In this document: piece by piece, positions 1 to 9,160 of the stretch
How positions within the stretch are numbered: the stretch's first letter is position 1
How the letters are laid out: every line of letters starts with the position of its first letter
NCBI GenBank assembly: GCA_964355925.1
Contig: CAYHFN010000010.1
Location: 19,187 to 83,186, forward strand
Origin: an uncultured Chitinophagaceae bacterium
GTDB lineage: Bacteria; Bacteroidota; Ignavibacteria; UBA10030; UBA8401
DNA length: 64,000 bases
Reading direction: 5' to 3'
The notes under the pieces: generated by a model
The model's input: only the letters and a program-made list of their open reading frames with translations
Told to the model about the DNA's origin: nothing
Database searches by the model: none
Translations under genes and position numbers: made by a program

Positions 1-3000
1 GACCTCTTTTCCAAGAACATCATATACTGTTAGACTGACATTGCTGCCGGCTGCCAGCTGATAACTGATTGTCGTTGTTGGATTGAACGGATTTGGATAA
101 TTCTGTTCAAGAAATAATGAATTTGTAATCGAATTATTTTCTGACACTCCGGAAGAACTAGAAAGCATTACCTGAATAGAATTCAAACTAAACAGCCAGT
201 TCGCTTTTTCTGAAGGTGTGTCGGTATTAATTTCGATCCGCAGGATCTGTTTACCTGCTTTCAATGAAACATTAGATATGGTGATCGGTTTCCAGAATTG
301 CCATCCTCCTGTGTTAAGGACCGGTTTTTTTCCGCTGACATCAATATTGTTTATAAGAATACGAAAATTTCCAAACCCGGGAACGGTGGCAACAAATGGA
401 ATAATATCATAATTTCCATCATTTGGAACTTGAATCGTATATTCGAGCCACTCACCAGCCGTCATCCAATATACATCATAGTCACCGCCCCCCGCCGATT
501 CAATATCAACACCTTCCAATGGACGAAAAGCAAGTCCGACATTTTTTGTATCATTGTCGTGATATGCAACTCCTTCTCCTCCATTATCAAAATTTTCTGC
601 TTGAATAAGAGCAGGAACGATGACCGGGATTCCGGAATACGGGGTTCCATTGCCTAGCACGGTTATTTGCACGCTGTCTTTTGTGGATAGAGAAAGCTGG
701 TTTGTCACCGTTAAAGTAACCATATACGTTCCCGGATCCGAAAATGTGTGAACCGTATCTGACGACGATGAAGTTTTCCCATCACCAAATTTCCATGAAT
801 ATGTAAGCGGTGAGCCGTTGCGATCAAAACTTTTACTTCCGGTGAAGGCAATCGATAACGGCATCTTGCCGCGAGTCTTATCCGCGATCAATAATGCAAC
901 GGGAGCATTGATATTGGTAACAGTCGTATTGACCGATCGCATCAACCTCGGCGGAACCTTCATTGCATACCCATCCGAAAAATGAATGGTGGAAGAATCA
1001 GACGAAGCATTATACGCAACGTACGTTTTTTCTCCCGCTGCATTTTTGAAAACGGAGTAAGTGGGGATATCTGCAGTGACGGAAATATCCAGTTGTCCCA
1101 TTTTTTTCAGATTGTTCAACCAATGATAGGTATGTGCTTTTGTTTCTCCATCTTCCGGTGTGTACGATGGATTTGCAAAATACAACGAAAGTGCAGCGCC
1201 GGGATCGGTCAATGATAGATACTGCCACAGAATATCTTTCCAGGTGGCAGGAACACCGCTTAATTCTTTAAGTACTTCATCATAATTTGCTTTCACATAG
1301 ACCGGATGACGTCCCAGATACAACGATCCTCCGTTGAACGGTAGCATATTGATCCCATGAATAAAATCAGGATTATTACCGAACCATGTGGAGTGAACTC
1401 CTTTTCCACCCCACACCATACCTAATGCTTTATATGGATATGCGGCAGGAAAGACCGCATCATCAATATCGAACCAATATTGCTCGATCGCTGTTCGTTC
1501 AGTTGCATAAAGATAAATTCCTAAATCACGTATTTCACTTTGATGAGTAGCAGCTCCCCACAATGTTACAGCAGTTGCGAAATTCATTGACTCAGAGCTG
1601 GACTCTTCATTGTTCCCATCGCCAAAATCTCCGTGTCCTGCTTCCCACGAATGTCCGGCATACGGATCGAATGCTCTCAAGAAAGGAAATCTCAAATCGC
1701 TGCGGTCATAATTATTTCCATCTCTGATCAATAGATCGACCATACCGCCCCAATTCTCTTTTGCTGCCCAGACAGAATCAAACTGTGCAACGATAGCCGC
1801 ACCCATAATTGCATATCCCGCATGAAAATTATGATCGTTGATCTGATTATCCGCTCCAAATTCAGAAGGATATCCTGTTAATGTCTTCCATGTTGTATTG
1901 TATACATAACTTTGTGGTCCGCCCGCCGTGAACCATTCTTCCAATCGTTTTTTTATCTCAGTAAGAAAATAATCACGCGCTGTAACTGCGCCAAGTTGAT
2001 CTGCAATATTCACCAAATGTGCAAAACGCGCAATTGCTTTTCCACTCCAGTACGTTCCCGCCAACTTCCCCGATTCAGGAAGTGTTTCGGTTGTAATCGC
2101 ATTGACCATCGCTAAAAGGTCGGCTCGATTATAATCTCCTTGATCCGGCAGTGCCGGCAATACTCCTTCGAATGTTAATTCGGTTGTAAACTGATTTCCG
2201 TCAAACACTTTCATTTCTCCGGCAACCGATGAATATTTAAAACCGGTCAGCGTTGCAGATGTGTTCAACCATTGATGACGGTACAACGCTGTTAGTGTTT
2301 TATTAAAAGTTCCATTTTTTGATTCTTTTAGTTCTGTTGTATATGTAAATGTGGAAATGAGTTTTGCGGTTGTTTCATTGTATGACCAGGAAATGGTACT
2401 TCCTGTAACAAACGCGTATGCATGCTGACGATAGATTTCAAGCGTTGCAGGTGTGTTGTCGGGAAGCAATGCAACAGAAAAATAGTTCTTTCCATTTAAT
2501 GAAGATTGAAGCGTTGTTGTTCCTGTCCATATTGAACTGTCCGGGGCAAATATTCCAAAATGGCGTCCATCAACGGTCATTCCAATAACACCGTTCTGAT
2601 TAGACCAAATAGTTGGCGTTACACTGGTTACAATAGATGCATTTCCACCCGAAATAGTGAAAAAAGCAAATGGCAGTCCGTGACCCAATGTTGCCTTCAT
2701 TGTTCGTGTTCCATCATCCCAAAGAGCAGTTACTGTCCAATCACCATAATCATCCGCAACTGTTTTGGTAACGTTCAAACCGACAACACCGACAGTGAGT
2801 TGCTGAGAAAATTGGAACTGATAATCTGCCGCCGGATATATTGGCGATGAAGTATAGCCGACCTGTAATCCGTTATTCTTAGCTTTGAAATACAAGGGAT
2901 GTGCATGTAAATTGTTAGAGTTTGCATCTCCAAAGTATGGATAGATCAAACTGCTCCAATAGTCATTCGTTTGAACAGGCTTATTGAACGTAGAGGATAT

Positions 3001-3153
3001 TTTTGGAATAACACTGGCACCCGACGATGTTTGAGGACCTACTGCTCCGAATGGCAGGGTTGTTCCGTAACTTCCCTTCCCGATATTAACTTGGGCAGAA
3101 ACGGTTAATGCAAAGAACATCAAAAGATAGATATTTGAGTACAATGTTTTCAT
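1..3153 (-). CDS. GH81 endo-beta-1,3-glucanase (laminarinase) with PKD and CBM6 modules and a T9SS C-terminal sorting domain; 3' end cut by the window edge
   Basis: Not in the supplied ORF track because there is no in-window stop. My translation of the minus strand from ATG at 3153-3151 stays open for exactly 1051 codons to position 1. Signal peptide MKTLYSNIYLLMFFALTVSAQ. GH81 blocks INDHNFHAGYAIMG and FDPYAGHSWEAGHGDFGDGNNEESSSESMNF. PKD module SWKFGDGKTSSSSDTVHTFSDPGTYMVTLTVTN. CBM6 module IQAENFDNGGEGVAYHDND...GEWLEYTIQVPNDGNYDI. CTD LEQNYPNPFNPTTTISYQLAAGSNVSLTVYDVLGKEV ends at position 1. Confidence 0.85.
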   Translation of the reverse strand, partial: MKTLYSNIYLLMFFALTVSAQVNIGKGSYGTTLPFGAVGPQTSSGASVIPKISSTFNKPVQTNDYWSSLIYPYFGDANSNNLHAHPLYFKAKNNGLQVGYTSSPIYPAADYQFQFSQQLTVGVVGLNVTKTVADDYGDWTVTALWDDGTRTMKATLGHGLPFAFFTISGGNASIVTSVTPTIWSNQNGVIGMTVDGRHFGIFAPDSSIWTGTTTLQSSLNGKNYFSVALLPDNTPATLEIYRQHAYAFVTGSTISWSYNETTAKLISTFTYTTELKESKNGTFNKTLTALYRHQWLNTSATLTGFKYSSVAGEMKVFDGNQFTTELTFEGVLPALPDQGDYNRADLLAMVNAITTETLPESGKLAGTYWSGKAIARFAHLVNIADQLGAVTARDYFLTEIKKRLEEWFTAGGPQSYVYNTTWKTLTGYPSEFGADNQINDHNFHAGYAIMGAAIVAQFDSVWAAKENWGGMVDLLIRDGNNYDRSDLRFPFLRAFDPYAGHSWEAGHGDFGDGNNEESSSESMNFATAVTLWGAATHQSEIRDLGIYLYATERTAIEQYWFDIDDAVFPAAYPYKALGMVWGGKGVHSTWFGNNPDFIHGINMLPFNGGSLYLGRHPVYVKANYDEVLKELSGVPATWKDILWQYLSLTDPGAALSLYFANPSYTPEDGETKAHTYHWLNNLKKMGQLDISVTADIPTYSVFKNAAGEKTYVAYNASSDSSTIHFSDGYAMKVPPRLMRSVNTTVTNINAPVALLIADKTRGKMPLSIAFTGSKSFDRNGSPLTYSWKFGDGKTSSSSDTVHTFSDPGTYMVTLTVTNQLSLSTKDSVQITVLGNGTPYSGIPVIVPALIQAENFDNGGEGVAYHDNDTKNVGLAFRPLEGVDIESAGGGDYDVYWMTAGEWLEYTIQVPNDGNYDIIPFVATVPGFGNFRILINNIDVSGKKPVLNTGGWQFWKPITISNVSLKAGKQILRIEINTDTPSEKANWLFSLNSIQVMLSSSSGVSENNSITNSLFLEQNYPNPFNPTTTISYQLAAGSNVSLTVYDVLGKEV

Positions 3154-3393
3154 TGAAACTTTCTAGTTATTACAGCAGATAATTTATCGTTGGATATTTT
3201 TCTGCCGTTGGTGAATTTCAATATATTAATGTAGTCTTTTCCTGCTTTTGCAACAACTATGACATAGTCTCATAAATAATGATCAAAGGGATAATTACGA
3301 AACCATTCTTTCAAAGGCCATAAATCCTCAATTGAGATTGGAATGATATGACTAAAAGAAGATGGTGATCGTAAAAAACAGCATTGATGATCT

Positions 3394-5868
3394 CTATTTA
3401 ATATCTCCAATTGAAACGATATTTTTCGACGACGTTCCCACCAACACCTGGTACCCGTTCTTCGTTTTTGTCCATTGGTTCTTCACATCGTCGTAATACT
3501 CAAATGCAGAACGGTTCAACTTCATTGTTACTGATTGTTCTTCTCCTGCATTCAATGATACTTTTGCAAATGCTTTTAATTCCTTTTCCGGACGAAGAAC
3601 TTTTGCTTTTGTGTCCTTCACATACAACTGTACCACTTCCGATCCTGCAACCGATCCGGTGTTCTTCACGGAAATAGTGACACTATAATTATCTTTTCCG
3701 TTCGATTTCACTTTCATATTCGAAATTGCAAATGTTGTATACGACATTCCAAATCCGAATGGAAATTCCGGTTCAACATTCTTGGTATCGAAGTATCTGT
3801 AACCGACAAGGATTCCTTCTTTATATTCGACTTCGCCGGGAGTTCCCGGGAAATTTCCGAACGCGGGATAATCTTCCCATTGTTTGGCAATGGTAAACGG
3901 CAATTTACCAGATGGATTCACTTGACCGGTCAGCACTTCGGTGATCGCCTGTGTTCCTTCCTGTCCTGGAAAAAACGCCCAAACAAGTGCAGGTACATTG
4001 GAAAGCCACGGTTGAAGCGTTACCTGCGCTCCGGCATTCAGCACTACGATAGTTTTTGCATTTACTTTTGCAACTGCGTTGATCAGTTCAATTTGATTTT
4101 CAGGAAGGGTGATAAATTGTCGGTCAAATCCTTCTGACTCTTGGTAATGTGAATTGCCGGTGAAGATCACGACAAGATCACTTTTCTTAGCAAGTTCGAT
4201 CGCCGCATTCAATTCATTCTCATTCGGTTTTGTCCAACCAAGGAGCGCGACGGCATCTCCACCGTTTTCGTAATATTCAACGGTAATGTCATAGAATTTC
4301 CCTGCTTCAAGCGAGAATTTTGCTGTGCGTGCTTCGACCGCATGATCGCTCCAATGATCGATCAATAGTTTTCCATTCAAGAATAATTTTATACCATCAT
4401 CGCTTGCAGCTGTAAATTCATACATTCCTGATAATTCTGTTTTTATCCTTCCCTTCCACCGCACAGAAAAATTATCTACCTCAAATCCTTCAGCAGGTTT
4501 TCCGCCGCCCCATCGAAAATCAATGTTCTTATCGATGCGGCGGAGCTTCGGTTCACCTTGTAAATTTTTGTTTGAAAAATATTCTGCATCCAAACCGTTC
4601 CTATTCAATGTATCGTTTGGCAGAAAGAAGAATTGCGGTTCAATCGAAGGGACATCACCGGTCAATCGTGCACCAATTGCATATGAAATTGCTGCCGTGG
4701 GAAAAGCCCGCTTCATTCCCTCCAGAGGTGATTCCGCTGAAAGCGGTACAACCATCGAACTTCCGCCTCCGCCGGTTCGGGCAACTTCTGCGTTCGGTCC
4801 GAGAACAGCAATGGATTTGTATATTGAAGTATTCAAAGGAAGAATATTCTGTTGGTTCTTCAACAAGACAAGCCCTCCTCGCGCAACATCAAGTGCGACT
4901 GCTTTATGCTCGGGCGCATTTGTCATTGGTTTATCTAACTTTTTATCAAAATATCCCATACGGAATATAACACGGAGCATCCGTTTGATCTTATCATCGA
5001 TCGTCAATTCTTTTATTGTTCCATCGCTTATTAACGGAAAAAGTTTTTCTTTACCAAGAAATGCTCCGTCTGGCATTTCCAGATCGAGCCCGTATGTTGC
5101 GACACCTTTAGTACTGTGCACCGCTCCCCAATCAGACATCACGAGACCATCGAACTTCCATTCTTTTTTAAGCACATCATTCAGCAGCATTTCATTTTCA
5201 CTGCAATATGGTCCGTTCAATTTATTATATGCACACATAATCGCTTCGGTCTTTGCTTCCTGCACAGCTGCTTTGAATGCGGGGAAATAAATTTCATATA
5301 ACGCTCGTTTATCAACTTTTGCGTTGATCGTCATTCTGTCGGTTTCCTGATTATTGACAGCAAAATGTTTGGTTGTTGCAACAACTCCTTCGCTTTGCAC
5401 TCCTTGTATATACGAAACAGCGATTCGCGATGTGAGATACGGATCTTCACCGTAACTTTCAAAATTTCTTCCGCCGTGAGGAACGCGGTTGATATTTACA
5501 CAGGGACCGAGGATTGTATTGCGATCTTTTGCTTTAGTCTCTCTTGCCAATGCCCATCCGTACCGATACGCCAGTGATGTATCAAACGTTGCTCCGAGCA
5601 TTATCGATGCTGGAAATGCTGTGGATTGATTCCATCGTACACCAACCGGACCGTCGGTCATTGCCAACTCGGGAATTCCAAGCCGCGCATTTGGTTTAGA
5701 CGCAAAACCGGTTCCACTAAGCATATCCACTTTTTCATCAAGCGTCATTTGTTTTAAAAGATCATTCACTCGATCTTCAATCTTCGCTTTTGGATTTTTA
5801 TAGATCGGGCTTTGCGATGTGGCAAGACATAATACGATAAGCAATAAGAACACTATTTTTGATTTCAT
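3394..5868 (-). CDS. GH3 beta-glucosidase with inserted PA14 domain (secreted/periplasmic)
   Basis: 824-aa ORF with signal peptide MKSKIVFLLLIVLCLATSQ. GH3 blocks MTLDEKVDMLSG and KHFAVNNQE; nucleophile context GLVMSDWGAV. PA14 insert DAEYFSNKNLQGEP...FSVRWKGRI...DDGIKLFLNGKLLIDHW. Fn3-like C-terminal end GSEVVQLYVKD. Confidence 0.9.
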   Translation of the reverse strand: MKSKIVFLLLIVLCLATSQSPIYKNPKAKIEDRVNDLLKQMTLDEKVDMLSGTGFASKPNARLGIPELAMTDGPVGVRWNQSTAFPASIMLGATFDTSLAYRYGWALARETKAKDRNTILGPCVNINRVPHGGRNFESYGEDPYLTSRIAVSYIQGVQSEGVVATTKHFAVNNQETDRMTINAKVDKRALYEIYFPAFKAAVQEAKTEAIMCAYNKLNGPYCSENEMLLNDVLKKEWKFDGLVMSDWGAVHSTKGVATYGLDLEMPDGAFLGKEKLFPLISDGTIKELTIDDKIKRMLRVIFRMGYFDKKLDKPMTNAPEHKAVALDVARGGLVLLKNQQNILPLNTSIYKSIAVLGPNAEVARTGGGGSSMVVPLSAESPLEGMKRAFPTAAISYAIGARLTGDVPSIEPQFFFLPNDTLNRNGLDAEYFSNKNLQGEPKLRRIDKNIDFRWGGGKPAEGFEVDNFSVRWKGRIKTELSGMYEFTAASDDGIKLFLNGKLLIDHWSDHAVEARTAKFSLEAGKFYDITVEYYENGGDAVALLGWTKPNENELNAAIELAKKSDLVVIFTGNSHYQESEGFDRQFITLPENQIELINAVAKVNAKTIVVLNAGAQVTLQPWLSNVPALVWAFFPGQEGTQAITEVLTGQVNPSGKLPFTIAKQWEDYPAFGNFPGTPGEVEYKEGILVGYRYFDTKNVEPEFPFGFGMSYTTFAISNMKVKSNGKDNYSVTISVKNTGSVAGSEVVQLYVKDTKAKVLRPEKELKAFAKVSLNAGEEQSVTMKLNRSAFEYYDDVKNQWTKTKNGYQVLVGTSSKNIVSIGDIK

Positions 5869-5975
5869 TGAAGTACTTTCAGATTAGTTCGGATGTAGTA
5901 TGATAGAATTTGCTTCACACGTTAACCATCATATCTAAGGTCAATGACCATGTAGAGTTGACAATCAACGAACAA

Positions 5976-6857
5976 TTATTTTTCAATCTCACTGAGAATC
6001 ACTTTGCTAAAGTGGTCTGCATTTTTCCAATGATCGTTATTTGCATTTTTCGGAACTGCAACCGATCCAAAAAAATTATCCCTTGTCTTAGGAAATTCAC
6101 TTTGTTCATCGTTGTCACAATATGCCAACGATATTCCCATTTGTTTATTTCCATAAAGTTGAACTCGAGATTTTTCTTTTTCGTTTTGTTGATAGTGGTC
6201 GCTATATACCCTTATCGAAAATTCCCATATATACTCATTACCATTTTTATGAAGAGCAAAATCATTGAAATGATCAGCATAGTTGGCAATTGAATAATTG
6301 TCCCAGCTTTTCCCAGCAAGATCACATGCAACAAAAGATCGAGAAGTATTGTTCTCTCCGGGTGAATCCAGGATCATATGATAAGAAAATGCATTTGCAG
6401 AATTTGCTCCCCATTCCTTTCCAATCTCGCCCTCTCCGTCAAACACATGCAATCCTCCTGAATGATCCTCATCGATAAAAACCTCAAGCATATCGTGATC
6501 ATAATAGAAATCACCTTTTTTGGGATCACTATTATATCGGTATCCATCAACAAAAACATCGTCCGTTATTTTTACAAGAAAATAGAGAAGGTTTGTTTTC
6601 TTTGACCAAAGAATCTTGTATTCGCCGAAAAAATCATCCCGTGCAACAGTATCTCCATACGGAATCCACGTTTGATCGATCGGTTGCCATTGAAGGTTGC
6701 TCCAACAATGATCATTTCGTTTTCCATCAATGGTTGGCAATTCAATTGATTGATAAATGATCAACGTGTCATCTGGTTTTATGGAATGATTATTTTGTGC
6801 ACCACAAACGTTACTGGTGATAATTAGAATGACTATAAGTAAAAATATTTTATTCAT
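5976..6857 (-). CDS. Secreted stand-alone CBM9/DOMON-like carbohydrate-binding protein
   Basis: 293-aa ORF with signal peptide MNKIFLLIVILIITSNVCGAQ. The pattern IELPTIDGKRNDHCWSNLQWQPIDQTW ... LYFLVKITDD ... EVFIDEDHSGG resembles CBM9-like sugar-binding domains. No catalytic motif and no T9SS CTD recognised. Confidence 0.5.
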   Translation of the reverse strand: MNKIFLLIVILIITSNVCGAQNNHSIKPDDTLIIYQSIELPTIDGKRNDHCWSNLQWQPIDQTWIPYGDTVARDDFFGEYKILWSKKTNLLYFLVKITDDVFVDGYRYNSDPKKGDFYYDHDMLEVFIDEDHSGGLHVFDGEGEIGKEWGANSANAFSYHMILDSPGENNTSRSFVACDLAGKSWDNYSIANYADHFNDFALHKNGNEYIWEFSIRVYSDHYQQNEKEKSRVQLYGNKQMGISLAYCDNDEQSEFPKTRDNFFGSVAVPKNANNDHWKNADHFSKVILSEIEK

Positions 6858-7064
6858 AAGGCTGTATTTGTTTTAAAGCTAGAAAAAAGATGGAATTCAC
6901 CGCTAACTATTTAAACAATATGTATGCCATGACCGAATTGCTGTTATCAGAGAAATTCGATGAAAATATTTGATCCGACTTATTGATTTAATAATGCATG
7001 TTATTAAGTTGATAATGAAAAATCGCAAAAAGATTGCCTATTCCAAGATATTGAGTCTGTTTCA

Positions 7065-9116
7065 CTATTTTTTTTTCGGCTGAGAAGATTGGATCTCTTG
7101 AAGCAATCGAGTGGCTCTTTCATTGTTCGGATTTTGCTGAAGCAATCCATTCAACACCCTTTCCGCATAGTCAACTTCATCTAATTTAAAGAGCGCTACA
7201 GCAGAATAAAACTGTGCATCATCAACTTGCGATCTTGTCAACGGTATCTTTGAACCATTTTCTCCTGTGATAGCTTTTGAAAGTTGTTCAATTGCTTTGT
7301 CATATAACTGAACTTCCAAATAATTGATCCCTAATTTTAGATGAACGACCGAATTTTCTTGGAGAGCTAAACTTTTAAGATACGTCGTTTCGGCCAGTTC
7401 GTATTCTTGAACAGTCGATAAAAGATCACCTTTCATTACAAGCGGAAATGGATCCATTGGAGCCATTGCAATCACCGATTCATATTCATTCAGCGCATTG
7501 AAAATGTCTTTTTCGTTGAGATACGCGTCTGCCATTTCGTAGTGCGCTTCACTCCAACGGAGTTTCCCTTTCACAAACTTCAGTGCCACTTGCTGCACAT
7601 TGTTTTGTGGGACCACATCGATATATGGATCATTTGTAAACGGCCAGCGGCGCAGTAATGAGTTCATGGTCATTATGCCAATCTCCAGATCAAGAGCGGT
7701 AATTTTTAATTTATCCACTAAAACACTATCCGGGATTTGATGTTTTGATCGCTGTTGCTCATCAGCAGAGAATGCGGATGATTTTTTGAGTCCTTCTAAC
7801 CATGATTTGGACAGGAACACATATCCGGTAAATGTTGGATGGACATGTTCCCACAATAATGAAACACCTATGATTCTATTCGGTGAATGAGCGCGGAATG
7901 TTGATTCAACGTCAGCTATAGCAATAGTGTTTGATGATGCAATTCTGCGGATAATTGCATTGAATTCTCCGCTTGCCCTGAACCGCAATCCATCATAATC
8001 CCTAGCCTTGCTAAACGCATTGAATGCAGAATCGAATTTTGCAAGCTGCTCGAAGCATTTACCCAAATGGAATTGAGCAATTGCCCAGCCTGAATCAATA
8101 GTGGTAATTTGTTTATATCGACCGATCGCTTCAATGAATTGTTTGTTTTGCTGAAGCACTGTCGCGGATTCAAGCAGAGATTCCATCTCTTTTTTCTTTG
8201 AATCACTCAACGATGGATCGTGAAGTGAAACAAAAGGAGAAAGAGTTCCTTCGTTTGTCACAAGCGTTGAGAGTATGATCGGGATATTATTTTCCTTTGC
8301 AATCTGAACTGTCTGAAAGATGTTCTTTTCATATGATTCAATTGCACCGGAATAGATATTGCTGTGAAATGGAATTGCTTTGTCGTTTGCCAGTTGCTGC
8401 ATCAATGTTCCGGAATAAGCGGTTGAATTTGAACCAAAAAGGAATCGTGAAGCAGAGCTAATGCTTTTTTCTAACAGAAGAAATGTTTTTAGATTTTGCA
8501 GAGATTGATAAAGTCGAATCATCCATCGTTCACTTCCAATGGAATTTGTTGAAGCCGCACCCAGCGCACCGTAAAATTCATTTTGTCCCGAATAGACAAT
8601 GAATGCATCCGGCTGGTAGTGAACCAATTCATCAATAAAATCCAGAACGGTGTAACTATTCGTGCCGGTAAGACCAACGTTGATGACCTCAATATTTTTT
8701 TCCGGAAAGAGGATTTCTAATTGCTTCTGCAGGATCCTTGTAGGCGTTGCATTATATTGATATGGAAATCCGGCAGGAGTCGATTCGCCCAGCACAAATA
8801 CACGGAACGTATTGCTCGATTTGATAATCTCAAAATTACCGGAATATACCTGCGGAACAAAATATTTATCGGGATCAAAATACCGCTTCCCGATGGCAGG
8901 ATTTATGGTATAATATTCGTTTCCGTGAACGACCGTTTTCTTTACTAGATCATTTTCACTTCCATACTGAAATATTCTCAAACCAATTTCAACACATAGT
9001 AGAAGTATAAACGGAAACAGTATTGTTATTAACAGAAAAATACGTTTCTGTTTCGGTGTTAATGATGCAGATTCTCGAATTCTTTCTTTTCGTTCTTTAT
9101 TTGAATGAGATGTCAT
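7065..9116 (-). CDS. Membrane-anchored SGNH/GDSL-like hydrolase fused to C-terminal TPR repeats
   Basis: 683-aa ORF. Basic N-terminus followed by a TM helix (IFLLITILFPFILLLCVEIGL). SGNH-like blocks: FRVFVLGESTPAGFPY (block I Ser), YSGQNEFYG (block III Asn), WEHVHPT (block V His). The C-terminal 330 aa are helical repeats of TPR type (AIAQFHLGKCFEQLAKFDSAFNAFSKA, EAHYEMADAYLNEKDIFNALNEY). Confidence 0.6.
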   Translation of the reverse strand: MTSHSNKERKERIRESASLTPKQKRIFLLITILFPFILLLCVEIGLRIFQYGSENDLVKKTVVHGNEYYTINPAIGKRYFDPDKYFVPQVYSGNFEIIKSSNTFRVFVLGESTPAGFPYQYNATPTRILQKQLEILFPEKNIEVINVGLTGTNSYTVLDFIDELVHYQPDAFIVYSGQNEFYGALGAASTNSIGSERWMIRLYQSLQNLKTFLLLEKSISSASRFLFGSNSTAYSGTLMQQLANDKAIPFHSNIYSGAIESYEKNIFQTVQIAKENNIPIILSTLVTNEGTLSPFVSLHDPSLSDSKKKEMESLLESATVLQQNKQFIEAIGRYKQITTIDSGWAIAQFHLGKCFEQLAKFDSAFNAFSKARDYDGLRFRASGEFNAIIRRIASSNTIAIADVESTFRAHSPNRIIGVSLLWEHVHPTFTGYVFLSKSWLEGLKKSSAFSADEQQRSKHQIPDSVLVDKLKITALDLEIGIMTMNSLLRRWPFTNDPYIDVVPQNNVQQVALKFVKGKLRWSEAHYEMADAYLNEKDIFNALNEYESVIAMAPMDPFPLVMKGDLLSTVQEYELAETTYLKSLALQENSVVHLKLGINYLEVQLYDKAIEQLSKAITGENGSKIPLTRSQVDDAQFYSAVALFKLDEVDYAERVLNGLLQQNPNNERATRLLQEIQSSQPKKK

Positions 9117-9160
9117 TGATCTTGGATTTGTGGAACTATTTGATCGAAGGCTATTATCCG

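Noticed and set aside
218-2850. Several 60-120-aa plus-strand ORFs in the first 3 kb of the ORF track
   Set aside because: They are antisense shadows of the long GH81 reading frame on the minus strand (open 3153 to 1, with strong family motifs). They have low-complexity, motif-free translations.
4523-5290. 255-aa plus-strand ORF
   Set aside because: It lies entirely antisense within the well-supported GH3-PA14 gene. Its Ser/Pro/Arg-rich composition is typical of shadow frames.
7068-7076. A9/T9 homopolymers (also 60388-60396 at the MKKKW start and 30682-30690 in a spacer) as phase-variation tracts
   Set aside because: A/T runs of this length are expected in an AT-rich genome. The run at 7068-7076 only encodes the terminal KKK of the SGNH-TPR protein, so slippage would have little effect.
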